A stretch of 45,789 nt of DNA from Lentisphaeria bacterium (GCA_017454215.1 JAFTDL010000352.1:1-45789); one strand, 5' to 3'. Shown: positions 33,283-41,884, counted from the stretch's first letter. Notes: generated by a model not told the origin, from the sequence alone. Program-made: numbers and translations.

Positions 33283-36279
33283 TCAGCGGCCGCCGGGGCG
33301 CTGGGGAACGAATTCCAGACAGCCCTTGTATTTCCACTTGGGAAAATCGCGGTGGGGGCCGATAACTTTGCACGGCGCGAAATCGTTTGGTTTCCCGGCG
33401 GAGGAAAGGGTCCCGGCTCCGGAAGCCATGAGGATGTCTCCGCCGTTTCCGAAAACCGTCCACACCAGCCCGGTTTTCCGGTGTCCGCGATTGACGCATT
33501 TCATGGTGATCTCGTTTCTTCCGGGCCGGAGCCATTGCGGGATGCGGTATTCGAAAAGTTTTCGCTGCTCGTCGCCGCGGTCGATCTTATTTCCGTTGAC
33601 GTAAAGGGTCCATGCGCTGTTGGTGTTGAAGAGGATTTTCGCGTCGCCGGGCACGGTCTTCACGTCGAATGTTCCGCGGAAAAAGGTCTCTCGGGCCGCC
33701 CTGACCGGCATGATCCAGTCCGCAGGAAGCGTGATGTTCCGGTTTTCGCAGTAAGACGGTCCGCCGTCCTGTTCGGAGAATTTCACGCGGGGGATCGGGG
33801 TCCGTTCGGTCGAGAGCAGAACGACGCCGTATGCCTCCAGCCGTATGGGTCCGCCGCGATACTCTTTGCCGGAACGCAGCTCATGGAGTTTTTCCGGAAG
33901 CGGGCAGGTGAATTCGGCAACGGCGGGATGGTCGAGTTCGTTGACGGCGGCGAACAGGACCCGTTCCCCGTTCTTCCACGCCTTGGCCGCGATGAATTCG
34001 GGGAATTTGCCGGAGAGTTTCAGCGGAGTGCTCCCGGCCAGGATCTTTCCCGCGGCGGCAAGTTCGCGGTTGACCCATGCGAAATCCGCCCACCAGTCGC
34101 CGTATATCTCGTCGCAGGGACCGTAACGGTGGGGATATCTTCCCTCGCTGTGCCAGTCGATGCCGGTCGCGCCGCGCAGAATGGCATCCCACGCCATGAA
34201 GCGCAGTTCCCGGTAATCGGGACGCGGCAGGATATCCAGCCGGTTGACGGCGGTGTTTTCTCCCCAGCCCCAGGCCTGAAGTATCATCCATGCGGGCTTT
34301 CTGTTCCATCCGGCGGCCCTGGCCAAATCCGTGTAATCTCCGACGCAGCTGAGTCTCCGGTTGGCGAGGCGGTTGTGCGCGACGCCCGGCGCGGGAACGG
34401 GATAGATGTCGACGCTCAAGACGTCGAACGTCGTGGAGAAACGCCGGACATAGGGCAGAAACTCCCTCTTCGGCGCACTGGTCTTGCCGTCGATGCGCGG
34501 CGCGTGATTTTCCCAGAGGATATAATCCGGCAATTCGCGGAACGCGACTCCGTTGTTGCGCACCGCCCGCTCCGGCGGGACATTCCGGACCACCGCCTCG
34601 TCGGACAGCAGACCGATGAACTTCGGAAAGGCGTCATACCGCACCTTCATCCGCCGCAGGAACTCGGCCAGTTCTTCGGGACTGCCCCGCCAATCCGCCT
34701 GATTCACCCAGTCCATCACGGCCAGATCATGTTTTTTTGCCTGCGCAAGAGCATAATCCGCCCCGCGGCGGTTCTGCAGATCCTGAAGAAAGCAGACGGT
34801 ATTGATCCCCGAAGCCGCCGCCACGCGGAAGAAATCGCTGCTGCTGGTGGGGATATGGTTCATCATGATGGGAAAAAACGGTTTCCCGTTGAGCAGAAGC
34901 CAGCCGTTGCGGTCGAAACTTGCGCCGCGGGTCTGGGGACCGCGGATCCGGAAAAACTCCGTGTCGCCCGGCATGCCTTCCCCCGTGAAAGCAAGTTCGT
35001 ATGCTCCTGCCGCCAGAGGGGGAAGCTGCAGTTCCCGGCGGGCAGGAACGCCGGGAACCAGCCCGGTCACCGCGATTTTCTGCAGAACGGGTCCCCCGAT
35101 CGCCTTCAGTTCGGCGACGAGGACCGGCGCGGCGGGCAGAATTTCAAGAGACAGTTTTTTCGGCACTTCGGGAAGAAAATAAGTGTTCCTGACCGGAAAA
35201 TCCGTCACCCGGGCATAGCAGGCCTGCGTTCGGTACCAGCCGTCGTCCCGCTTTTCCGGCGGCGCATCCGAACAGGAAGCGCTCGAGAATTTCACCGTAT
35301 CGCCGGACACGCAGCGTACGGAAAAACTCACCCGATCCGGTTTGCCGTCGGGAACGGTGAACTGAAAATGACGCGTCTCCCAGCCGACATAGACCGTCTG
35401 CGCCGGAGACTTCTGAAACGCCAGCACCTTTCCGTCGCGCTCGAAGCGCGCCCCGACCGCAAACCGTGTGGAGGGATCGCTGTTGCTGCTCACCGTCATC
35501 GTGAACCGTACATCCGTCCCCTTTCCGGCATTTTCGAGAGCCGCGGAAACCGCCGCTTCCGCTCCGGGGCGCGGCAGTATGACGGCGGACTCGTTCCCGT
35601 CGTATCTTGCGCCGTCGGTGAACCGCCAGCGCCCGGGATCCGCCGCCCCGCCCAGAAGATCGGCCGGTGTCGGAAGGACCGCCCATGCGTACCGGCAGAA
35701 TTTCGTCGTCGTCCACGCAAGATCCGTCTTTTCTCCGGGCAGAACCGGAGCTTTGCCGCTTCTGATGTTCACCGGTCCCAAATAGGCGCTGCCGATCAGG
35801 ACCCGCCCCTTCCCACGGAGCCAGACATTGACAGTCGGCGCCCTGAAGGGTTTATCGGGCAGTCGGAACCGCACCCTGACACGAAAACTGCGGCGCACCG
35901 GATACTCCCTCAAATCCGCCAGCGCACAGAATTTGTCGGGGATCGACTCGAAATAGATCAGCAGACGGGTACGGGGTGAAACCTCCTCCGCCTTGAGAAT
36001 GACCGAATACTCCATTTCGAGACCGCTTCCGTACAGAGACGCCAGTCCTTTGTTCAGACCGCGTTGAACGATCCTGAAACCGCGGCCGTCCGGCATTTCA
36101 CCGAGCTCCGCCGCCGCAGGACCGGAGAAACCGGGAGACACGGGACGGGCCAGTTCCCAGCCGATGACTTTCCCGCCCGACACCGCGGAAAAATCCGGAT
36201 TGCTCAAAACGCAGTGATCCCCCCGCAGGACCGAAAACGAAGCCAGCAGCAGAACCGTCAGCAGCAGAGTTTTGCCCAT
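33283..36279 (-). CDS. Secreted multidomain glycoside-hydrolase-like protein (CBM-like N-terminus, TIM-barrel-like core, C-terminal galactose-binding-like domain)
   Basis: ORF 33283..36294. I prefer ATG 36279 (MGKTLLLTVLLLASFSVLRG, signal peptide) because GGGAAG lies 8-13 nt upstream. LSNPDFSAVSGGKVIGWEL is CBM4_9-like. NGKPFFPIMMNHIP...GINTVCF...LLSDEAVV is paralogous to the core of the 9358-12687 protein. The C-terminus has FFRGTFDV...AWTLYVNGNKI. Confidence 0.75.
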   Translation of the reverse strand: MGKTLLLTVLLLASFSVLRGDHCVLSNPDFSAVSGGKVIGWELARPVSPGFSGPAAAELGEMPDGRGFRIVQRGLNKGLASLYGSGLEMEYSVILKAEEVSPRTRLLIYFESIPDKFCALADLREYPVRRSFRVRVRFRLPDKPFRAPTVNVWLRGKGRVLIGSAYLGPVNIRSGKAPVLPGEKTDLAWTTTKFCRYAWAVLPTPADLLGGAADPGRWRFTDGARYDGNESAVILPRPGAEAAVSAALENAGKGTDVRFTMTVSSNSDPSTRFAVGARFERDGKVLAFQKSPAQTVYVGWETRHFQFTVPDGKPDRVSFSVRCVSGDTVKFSSASCSDAPPEKRDDGWYRTQACYARVTDFPVRNTYFLPEVPKKLSLEILPAAPVLVAELKAIGGPVLQKIAVTGLVPGVPARRELQLPPLAAGAYELAFTGEGMPGDTEFFRIRGPQTRGASFDRNGWLLLNGKPFFPIMMNHIPTSSSDFFRVAAASGINTVCFLQDLQNRRGADYALAQAKKHDLAVMDWVNQADWRGSPEELAEFLRRMKVRYDAFPKFIGLLSDEAVVRNVPPERAVRNNGVAFRELPDYILWENHAPRIDGKTSAPKREFLPYVRRFSTTFDVLSVDIYPVPAPGVAHNRLANRRLSCVGDYTDLARAAGWNRKPAWMILQAWGWGENTAVNRLDILPRPDYRELRFMAWDAILRGATGIDWHSEGRYPHRYGPCDEIYGDWWADFAWVNRELAAAGKILAGSTPLKLSGKFPEFIAAKAWKNGERVLFAAVNELDHPAVAEFTCPLPEKLHELRSGKEYRGGPIRLEAYGVVLLSTERTPIPRVKFSEQDGGPSYCENRNITLPADWIMPVRAARETFFRGTFDVKTVPGDAKILFNTNSAWTLYVNGNKIDRGDEQRKLFEYRIPQWLRPGRNEITMKCVNRGHRKTGLVWTVFGNGGDILMASGAGTLSSAGKPNDFAPCKVIGPHRDFPKWKYKGCLEFVPQRPGGR

Positions 36280-36303
36280 TTTCCGACTTCCCATGCCGGC
36301 AAT

Positions 36304-37146
36304 TTACTTGAGAGCCGTCCCGTTGAACGGCGCATAGTTGCGCAGGATCACCTGCGGGTGACCCTCCTGCACATCCGTGCGGATGGCATTGGTCTGCAGT
36401 CTGGCGGGTGCGGCGCCGACCCATGCCTGCTGCTGCGGTATCGCGACCGTCTCCATGTGACCGTCGCACATGACCATGTTGTAGCTTCCGGAGTGCCGGA
36501 AGTTGACGAGACCGGAGTCGATCCCTGCGGAATTACCGTCCATGACCCACGCCATCTTGGAGTAGGACGCCGTGCCGCGTACGCCGCTGAGCTTGAACAT
36601 CCCCGCGACCCAGTCGCCGCTCCACTGCGGAGTCACCCCGGTCGTGCCGCCTCCGTCGCCCAGAGCCATATTCAGAAAGTAGGAGGTCCCGCCCCGGAAT
36701 CCCTGCGTCGTGGACGGACAGCGCGCAATGCCCGTGGGGACCGTCTTGCCGATCTTCACACCCTCGACATGGACCGTCATGTTGAGGTAACCCAACTTCC
36801 CGGGACGCGTCGTCGAACTCGTCGGATCATACGCGCTGCACAGAAGAACGGTCCAGTAGACTCCGTCCGTCTTGCTCATGACCTTGCTGTAGCCCGCCCC
36901 CCAGCCGCTGTAGTCGTTGGCATAGAACGTCAGTCCCTGCCCCGTCTGCCGGAGGTTGCCGACACAGGAAATGGCCCGCCCCCTCTCCCGCGCCTGCTGC
37001 AAAGCGGGCATCAGCATCGCGGCCAGAATGGCGATGATCGCTATCACGACCAGAAGTTCGATCAACGTGAAACGCGCATCCGTCCTGCCCTTGTCCGTCG
37101 CCCGAATGCTTTTTGCCCCGTCGCGAAAGGTGTCTCTTTTCATCAT
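36304..37146 (-). CDS. DUF1559/HX9DG-family pseudopilin-like protein
   Basis: [75 protein letters not shown]. The C-terminal [14 protein letters not shown] is an exact H-X9-DG. The AGGAGG Shine-Dalgarno favours the second ATG (37143). Confidence 0.85.
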   Translation of the reverse strand: MMKRDTFRDGAKSIRATDKGRTDARFTLIELLVVIAIIAILAAMLMPALQQARERGRAISCVGNLRQTGQGLTFYANDYSGWGAGYSKVMSKTDGVYWTVLLCSAYDPTSSTTRPGKLGYLNMTVHVEGVKIGKTVPTGIARCPSTTQGFRGGTSYFLNMALGDGGGTTGVTPQWSGDWVAGMFKLSGVRGTASYSKMAWVMDGNSAGIDSGLVNFRHSGSYNMVMCDGHMETVAIPQQQAWVGAAPARLQTNAIRTDVQEGHPQVILRNYAPFNGTALK

Positions 37147-37184
37147 TGCCTCCTGTTTTCAATGCGGTTCGGTTTTCTTTTCAT

Positions 37185-37213
37185 ATTTTACTTGAGAAAC
37201 CGCTTCCCGGCAA
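37185..37213 (-). promoter_or_regulatory. Sigma70-like promoter of the pseudopilin/GH/GH operon
   Basis: Minus strand: TTGCCG (37213-37208), 17-nt spacer, TAAAAT (37190-37185). Confidence 0.45.
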
Positions 37214-37265
37214 TGACCGGTTTTCTTTTTTGATGATTTATTTTCTCAAATAACGTCGAAAACTG

Positions 37266-37294
37266 TTGACATCCGCCCGCGAAACGGGTATAAT
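37266..37294 (+). promoter_or_regulatory. Consensus sigma70 promoter of the divergent AraC gene
   Basis: Perfect TTGACA (37266-37271), 17-nt spacer, TATAAT (37289-37294). It lies 24 nt upstream of ATG 37318, which has a GGAAGGAG Shine-Dalgarno. Confidence 0.6.
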
Positions 37295-37317
37295 AAGCGA
37301 TCGGAAGGAGAAAAATC

Positions 37318-38169
37318 ATGCTGGACCGCAGTTACTACAAGACGACCGACTGGATCTTCAGAAAGGATCCCGGCTTTCCGCTGCGCGTCAGCAAACAGCT
37401 TCCGCAGGAGGTGTCGCACTCCCACGAGCACGAGTTCTGCGAGTGCATCTTCGTCATTTCAGGCAGCGGCATGCACCAGTCGGAGAAAAATCCCCCCGTG
37501 CCCGTCCGGCGCGGAGACGTGTTGTTTATTCCCATCGGCGGTCACCATGCCTACACCGAAGTGCACGATCTGATCATCTTCAACCTGCTCTTCTACGCCC
37601 CCAGACTCCCCTCGGTCCTGCTGGAACTCTACGCTTCCGCCGCCTACAAACAGGTGTTCCTCAAAAAATTCGTCCCCGGAGACAAAGAGGATTTTCCCAT
37701 GACCCGCCTCGACGAAAAAACCTTCTCCGAACTGGAGACCCTGCTGAATTTCCTCGCCCGAAGCGACAGCCACTGCTGCAAAATGGGCATCTTCGTCGCC
37801 ATCATCGGCCGCCTGTGCGAAGTCTGGAAGATCCCCGAAGAGGAAAAACTTCCCCCTCTCGATATTTTCAAACTCACCGCCTTCATGCAGCAGAATTTTC
37901 AGCGTCCCCTCACCATGAAAGACCTCTGCCGCCTCGCCGCCATGTCCACCGCCACTCTGCAGCGCCACTTCCGCGCCGCCCTCGGCGTCCCTCCCATGAC
38001 CTATCTGCACAACCTCCGCCTCGAACACGCCGCGGAACTGCTGATAAATACCGAACTTACCCTCACCGAGATCGCCGAACTCTCCGGCTTCCCGCAAATG
38101 CCCCCCTTCTTCCGCGCGTTCAAAAAATGCTACCGCGTCACCCCTCTCCAATACCGCCGCAAAAAGTGA
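37318..38169 (+). CDS. AraC-family transcriptional regulator with an N-terminal cupin domain
   Basis: Cupin-like HSHEHEFCECIFVISGSGMH...GDVLFIPIGGHH. C-terminal HTH pair: MKDLCRLAAMSTATLQRHFRAALGVPPMTYLHNLRLEHAAELLINTELTLTEIAELSGF. Confidence 0.85.
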   Translation: MLDRSYYKTTDWIFRKDPGFPLRVSKQLPQEVSHSHEHEFCECIFVISGSGMHQSEKNPPVPVRRGDVLFIPIGGHHAYTEVHDLIIFNLLFYAPRLPSVLLELYASAAYKQVFLKKFVPGDKEDFPMTRLDEKTFSELETLLNFLARSDSHCCKMGIFVAIIGRLCEVWKIPEEEKLPPLDIFKLTAFMQQNFQRPLTMKDLCRLAAMSTATLQRHFRAALGVPPMTYLHNLRLEHAAELLINTELTLTEIAELSGFPQMPPFFRAFKKCYRVTPLQYRRKK

Positions 38170-38238
38170 ATCCGGGGCGGGGGACCGGGAGGGAGGAAAA
38201 ACTTTTTTTCCCTTCTCTGCGCCTTTTTGTCTGTCATT

Positions 38239-39102
38239 TCAGCATTTGCCCGCGCTGCCGAAGAAGCGGATCTTTTTGCGGATGACTTCGCGCATGGCGG
38301 CGTCGGGAGCGGGGCGCAGGCGGGAGGGCCATGCAGCCATGTGGGGAAGTTTGCTCAGTTCTTCGAGCATCGCCTGATTCCATGCCGCGATGAGTTCCGA
38401 AAAGATGTTCACTTTGCAGACGCCGTGGGCGATGGCGGAAGAGAGCTGGTCTTCGGGGGTGCCCGAGCCGCCGTGGAGCACCAGCGGGATGTCGGAGGCT
38501 TCCGTGATCCGGTCGAGGCGGTCGATGTCCAGTTGCGGGGCTTTGATGTAGACGCCGTGGGCGGTGCCGATGGAGACGGCCAGAGCGTCGACGCCGGTCT
38601 TTTCGACGAATTCGGCGACTTTTTCGGGTTCGGTCAGCATATCCGGATCGGAAGCGCCGTCCGCGCCGGAGCCGACCCAGCCGCTGCCCACGTGACCCAG
38701 CTCTGCCTCCACGGAAATGTTCCGGGCTCTGACGGCTTCGACGACTTCACGGGTGCGCCGGATGTTTTCCCCGAAGGGCGAAGCGGAGGCGTCCAGCATG
38801 ACCGAGGTGAATCCGATGTCGGCGGCTCTCCCCACCTGGTCGAGGGTGGCGGCGTGGTCCAGATGGATGCACACGGGCGCCGAAGACCTTTTCGCCGCCA
38901 GTTGCGCGAGCGCAAACCAGTAGTCCAGACGGGACCCTTCCACATCGGGACACAGGGCGGCGAGGATCACGGGAGAACGCAATGACTCCGCCTCCTCCGC
39001 CACGGCGCGGATCATTTCCAGATCGGACACATCGAACATCCCCACGGCGTATTTGCGTTTCGACGCGTCCTGAAGCATTTCCTTCATGTTGACAAGAGAC
39101 AT
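38239..39102 (-). CDS. Class II fructose/tagatose-bisphosphate aldolase family protein
   Basis: YAVGMFDV, VCIHLDHA, SVMLDAS, VEAELGHVG, ALAVSIGTAHG, PLVLHGGSG, VCKVNI. These are the class II aldolase signature blocks. Confidence 0.85.
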   Translation of the reverse strand: MSLVNMKEMLQDASKRKYAVGMFDVSDLEMIRAVAEEAESLRSPVILAALCPDVEGSRLDYWFALAQLAAKRSSAPVCIHLDHAATLDQVGRAADIGFTSVMLDASASPFGENIRRTREVVEAVRARNISVEAELGHVGSGWVGSGADGASDPDMLTEPEKVAEFVEKTGVDALAVSIGTAHGVYIKAPQLDIDRLDRITEASDIPLVLHGGSGTPEDQLSSAIAHGVCKVNIFSELIAAWNQAMLEELSKLPHMAAWPSRLRPAPDAAMREVIRKKIRFFGSAGKC

Positions 39103-39118
39103 GTTTAACTCCTTTCTC

Positions 39119-39137
39119 TCGAAAAAATGTGTTTCGA
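39119..39137. promoter_or_regulatory. TCGAAA-N7-TTTCGA inverted repeat just upstream of the aldolase RBS (operator candidate)
   Basis: TCGAAA (39119-39124), 7 nt, TTTCGA (39132-39137). It has the same core and spacing as the perfect 12-bp inverted repeat at 40646-40676. Confidence 0.4.
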
Positions 39138-39303
39138 CGCGGGCGGGATGCGCGGCGCGGTGTTTTGTTCTTCTGTTTCTGTTTTTATGGGAACTTTCTC
39201 CGCTTGCGCGGCGACCAGCGTCCCGCCGCTGGACCGCGTGCGGGCAGCGCCCGCCGGCAGATGCGCGCTTGCGCGCGGTGTTTTTGTTTTATTGTTTTAT
39301 TGT

Positions 39304-40563
39304 TCAATATGCTCCGAAGTGTTTCAGCAGGATCTCCTCCGCCTCGCTGTTCCACAGACCGCCGTGCGCTTCACAGCACACCGCCAGTTTCGCGAACAGC
39401 GGATCGTCTTTTTTTGAAGAAAAATCAGCGATCGCCGTCAGCGGACACCGGATCCCCGGATAGATCATCTTCTTGCCCCCCGGGATCGACGGCAGATCCA
39501 GCGTCGTGTCGATCACTGCATCCAATCCGCCGATATGCGTGATCATCACCTCCGGATGAATGCGGCCCTCCTCCATCAGACGCAGGGCGATCCGCAGATC
39601 CGTCACCGTTCCGCCCGAGGTGCCCGTCACGTGCGTCGAGCCGTAGTGTACGTTGTAGAAGTTGAAGTCGGCGCTGAAACTCCTGTCCATCGGTCCCGCA
39701 AAGAAATTGAGACACCCGTCCCTCGCAAGGACCCTGTCCGCCAGTTCCACCGCCGCCTTCACGGGAGCCATGCACAATATGTCGTCGAAACCCCTGCCGC
39801 CGCTGAGCTCCATCAGCGTTTTGAAGCCGTCGCAGGCGCCCGTGTCGACGAATTTCAGCACTGTCCCGTTTTTCGCGGCCTCCGCGGGAGAGAAGATCTT
39901 CTCCGCCCGCGCCAGCCGCTCGGAGTTGATGTCCGTCACGATGAGGACCCCCGGCTTGCGCGTCCCGCCGTGCAGCGCGCAGTCGACCGCTCCCAGCCCC
40001 ATGGGACCCGTGCCGCCGATGATCGCCATTCTGCCCCCGTCGACGATCCCCATTTCATGGGTGTATTCCTCTTTCCCGCTGTGATAAAACGCCCGGAAGC
40101 CGCCCACGATGCAACTCATCGGCTCCGCCAGACTGCCCTTGAAACAGCCGTCTCCCGTGTACGGCAGAATGCACCCCTTTTCGACGATCCCGCCGGGAAT
40201 GACGACGTATTCCGAATCCCCGCCGACCGTGCCGAAAGAGTAGCCGATCGTGTCGTAATTCACCGTCTGATCCACCACCGGCTGGACCGCGAAACGCTCT
40301 CCGGCGTGGTAGCGGTCCGCCCACTTTCTGCCGACTTCGAGGATCACGCCGCAGAGTTCGTGCCCGATGATCACGGGATTCTCCGCCACGTTGTCCGGCA
40401 CCCGCTTGTGGGATGCGCCCTGTTCCGCCGTTTTGTAAGTGGACATGCAGACGCTGTCCGAAACGATCTTCGCCAGTATCCCGTCGTCTCCGGTCTCCGG
40501 CAGGTCGAAGGTCTCCAGACGGAGGTCCCGCTTTCCGTACAATCTTACCGCTGTGGTCCGCAT
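39304..40563 (-). CDS. Zinc-binding medium-chain dehydrogenase/reductase (sorbitol/ketose-phosphate dehydrogenase-like), 419 aa
   Basis: ORF 39304..40701 trimmed to ATG 40563 (MRTTAVRLYG, GGGAGA Shine-Dalgarno). MDR motifs: VCMSTYK, IGHELCGVILEVG (Zn ligands), and the Rossmann segment MAIIGGTGPMGLGAV. Confidence 0.85.
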   Translation of the reverse strand: MRTTAVRLYGKRDLRLETFDLPETGDDGILAKIVSDSVCMSTYKTAEQGASHKRVPDNVAENPVIIGHELCGVILEVGRKWADRYHAGERFAVQPVVDQTVNYDTIGYSFGTVGGDSEYVVIPGGIVEKGCILPYTGDGCFKGSLAEPMSCIVGGFRAFYHSGKEEYTHEMGIVDGGRMAIIGGTGPMGLGAVDCALHGGTRKPGVLIVTDINSERLARAEKIFSPAEAAKNGTVLKFVDTGACDGFKTLMELSGGRGFDDILCMAPVKAAVELADRVLARDGCLNFFAGPMDRSFSADFNFYNVHYGSTHVTGTSGGTVTDLRIALRLMEEGRIHPEVMITHIGGLDAVIDTTLDLPSIPGGKKMIYPGIRCPLTAIADFSSKKDDPLFAKLAVCCEAHGGLWNSEAEEILLKHFGAY

Positions 40564-40602
40564 CTTTTTTCTCCCGGTTCCAATCTTCCGATGATGGTCC
40601 GG

Positions 40603-40631
40603 AATATAATCGTGTTCCCGGGATAAGTCAA
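40603..40631 (-). promoter_or_regulatory. Sigma70-like promoter of the dehydrogenase/aldolase operon
   Basis: Minus strand: TTGACT (40631-40626), 17-nt spacer, TATATT (40608-40603). Confidence 0.5.
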
Positions 40632-40645
40632 TCACTTTCTTCCGG

Positions 40646-40676
40646 AAATGATCGAAATAGCCCCTTTCGATCATTT
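40646..40676. promoter_or_regulatory. Perfect 12-bp inverted repeat between divergent promoters (DeoR operator candidate)
   Basis: AAATGATCGAAA (40646-40657), 7-nt spacer, TTTCGATCATTT (40665-40676). It lies between the two -35 boxes at 40626-40631 and 40683-40688. Confidence 0.55.
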
Positions 40677-40682
40677 TTTTGA

Positions 40683-40711
40683 TTGAACAGCGGCGGTCCA
40701 AGTGCTAAATT
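40683..40711 (+). promoter_or_regulatory. Sigma70-like promoter of the DeoR regulator gene
   Basis: TTGAAC (40683-40688), 17-nt spacer, TAAATT (40706-40711). Confidence 0.45.
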
Positions 40712-40733
40712 ATCCGGCGGAGGAAAACGGATC

Positions 40734-41525
40734 ATGGGAACTGCCGCAAGAAGAAAACGGATACAGGAGTATCTTTCGGGAAAGGAAATGCTGACCGTGG
40801 ACGAGGCGGTGCGGCTTTTTGATGCCAGTCCCGCGACGATCCGCCGGGATTTTGCCGAGATCGCGCAGAACGGCGGCGTGATCCGGCTCCGCGGCGGCAT
40901 CCGGCGTCTGGCGAACCGGCAGGACGAATTGATCCCCTTCATTCTGCGGGCCAAGTGGTATTCCGAAGAAAAACGGTATCTGGCCTGGCGCGTTCACGAG
41001 TACGTCAGGAACGTCAAGACCCTGTTCGTCGACGGGGGCTCCACCACGACCCATCTGGGGATCTTTCTCAGGGATCCCCGGCAGGTGATCATCACCAATT
41101 CCCTGCCGCTGTGCAATGTTATCGCCGAAGTGTTTCCCTCCGGCGGCGGACCGCAGGTTCACGTGACCGGCGGCTGTTTTCAGCCCGAGAGCGGGCTTTT
41201 TCTCGGCTCCAACGCGGAGACCGCCGCGGCGGCATATCACGCGGACGCCGCCGTTCTTTCGGCCCGGGGCGTCACGCCCGAGGGCTTTTTCAACCACAAC
41301 GAAGCGATCGCCGGGATCAACCGCAGCATGATCGCCCATGCCGACCGGGTGATCCTGATGGCGGACCACAGTAAGATCGGCGCAAGCGCCATGAATCTGG
41401 TCTCCTCATGGGAAAAGATCGAAGCGCTTTTCACGGTGGAGACCGCCGAGAACCGCAGATGCCTCGACGCCATCCGCGCCCGCGGCGTGAAAGTCTTCAG
41501 CGATTACCCCCTGAAAAAACTCTGA
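40734..41525 (+). CDS. DeoR-family transcriptional regulator
   Basis: ATG 40734 (MGTAARRKRIQEYL, GGAGGA Shine-Dalgarno). HTH: LTVDEAVRLFDASPATIRRDFAEIAQNG. The C-terminal DeoR sugar-phosphate-binding domain has LFVDGGSTT, VITNSL and ADRVILMADHSK. Confidence 0.85.
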   Translation: MGTAARRKRIQEYLSGKEMLTVDEAVRLFDASPATIRRDFAEIAQNGGVIRLRGGIRRLANRQDELIPFILRAKWYSEEKRYLAWRVHEYVRNVKTLFVDGGSTTTHLGIFLRDPRQVIITNSLPLCNVIAEVFPSGGGPQVHVTGGCFQPESGLFLGSNAETAAAAYHADAAVLSARGVTPEGFFNHNEAIAGINRSMIAHADRVILMADHSKIGASAMNLVSSWEKIEALFTVETAENRRCLDAIRARGVKVFSDYPLKKL

Positions 41526-41762
41526 CCGCCGTCCCTGCGTTCCCTGATCTCAACAGGCGGTCCGCTCTTTTGAAAGCCTCTGTTGCCGACACGGAGCGGT
41601 GATCCGGTCCCCAAACACCCCGCTTTTCTCGAAAAGGATGGGGGCCGGGGGAAGGGCGGGTGGCACCCGGCTGCGGATAACGGCGCGTTGCCCTTTGGGG
41701 ACGCGCCGGACAGGAAACTGATCTTTTCCTGCGGCTCCCCGTCAGGGCAAGCCGCAGTCACA

Positions 41763-41870
41763 CCGAGGCCGACGTTTCGGCTTTCCCCGTGAAAAGAGGT
41801 TTTCCCTTCCCCCGGAACCACCGACCTTTATCGGGAATAGAGCGGTTTGAAAAGGACAGGGGACCCGGGG
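41763..41870. repeat. Long imperfect palindromic intergenic repeat, copy B
   Basis: CCGAGGCCGACGTTTCGGCTTTCCCCGTGAAAAGAGGTTTTCCCTTCCCCCGGAACCACCGACCTTTATCGGG aligns base-for-base with most of 30502-30576. The continuation AATAGAGCGGTTTGAAAAGGACAGGGG is the reverse complement of the left flank of copy A (30433-30459). Confidence 0.6.
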
Positions 41871-41884
41871 GCTTTCGGCGGAGG

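Noticed and set aside
33211-35979. 922-aa plus-strand ORF.
   Set aside because: It is antisense to the secreted GH-like gene 33283-36279. It has no signal peptide or domain motifs and shows Arg/Gly/Pro bias.
39086-39542. Plus-strand ORFs of 96-137 aa across the dehydrogenase-aldolase spacer.
   Set aside because: They are Cys/Arg/Phe-rich translations of hairpin and T-tract DNA, and they overlap the dehydrogenase gene antisense. There is no Shine-Dalgarno.
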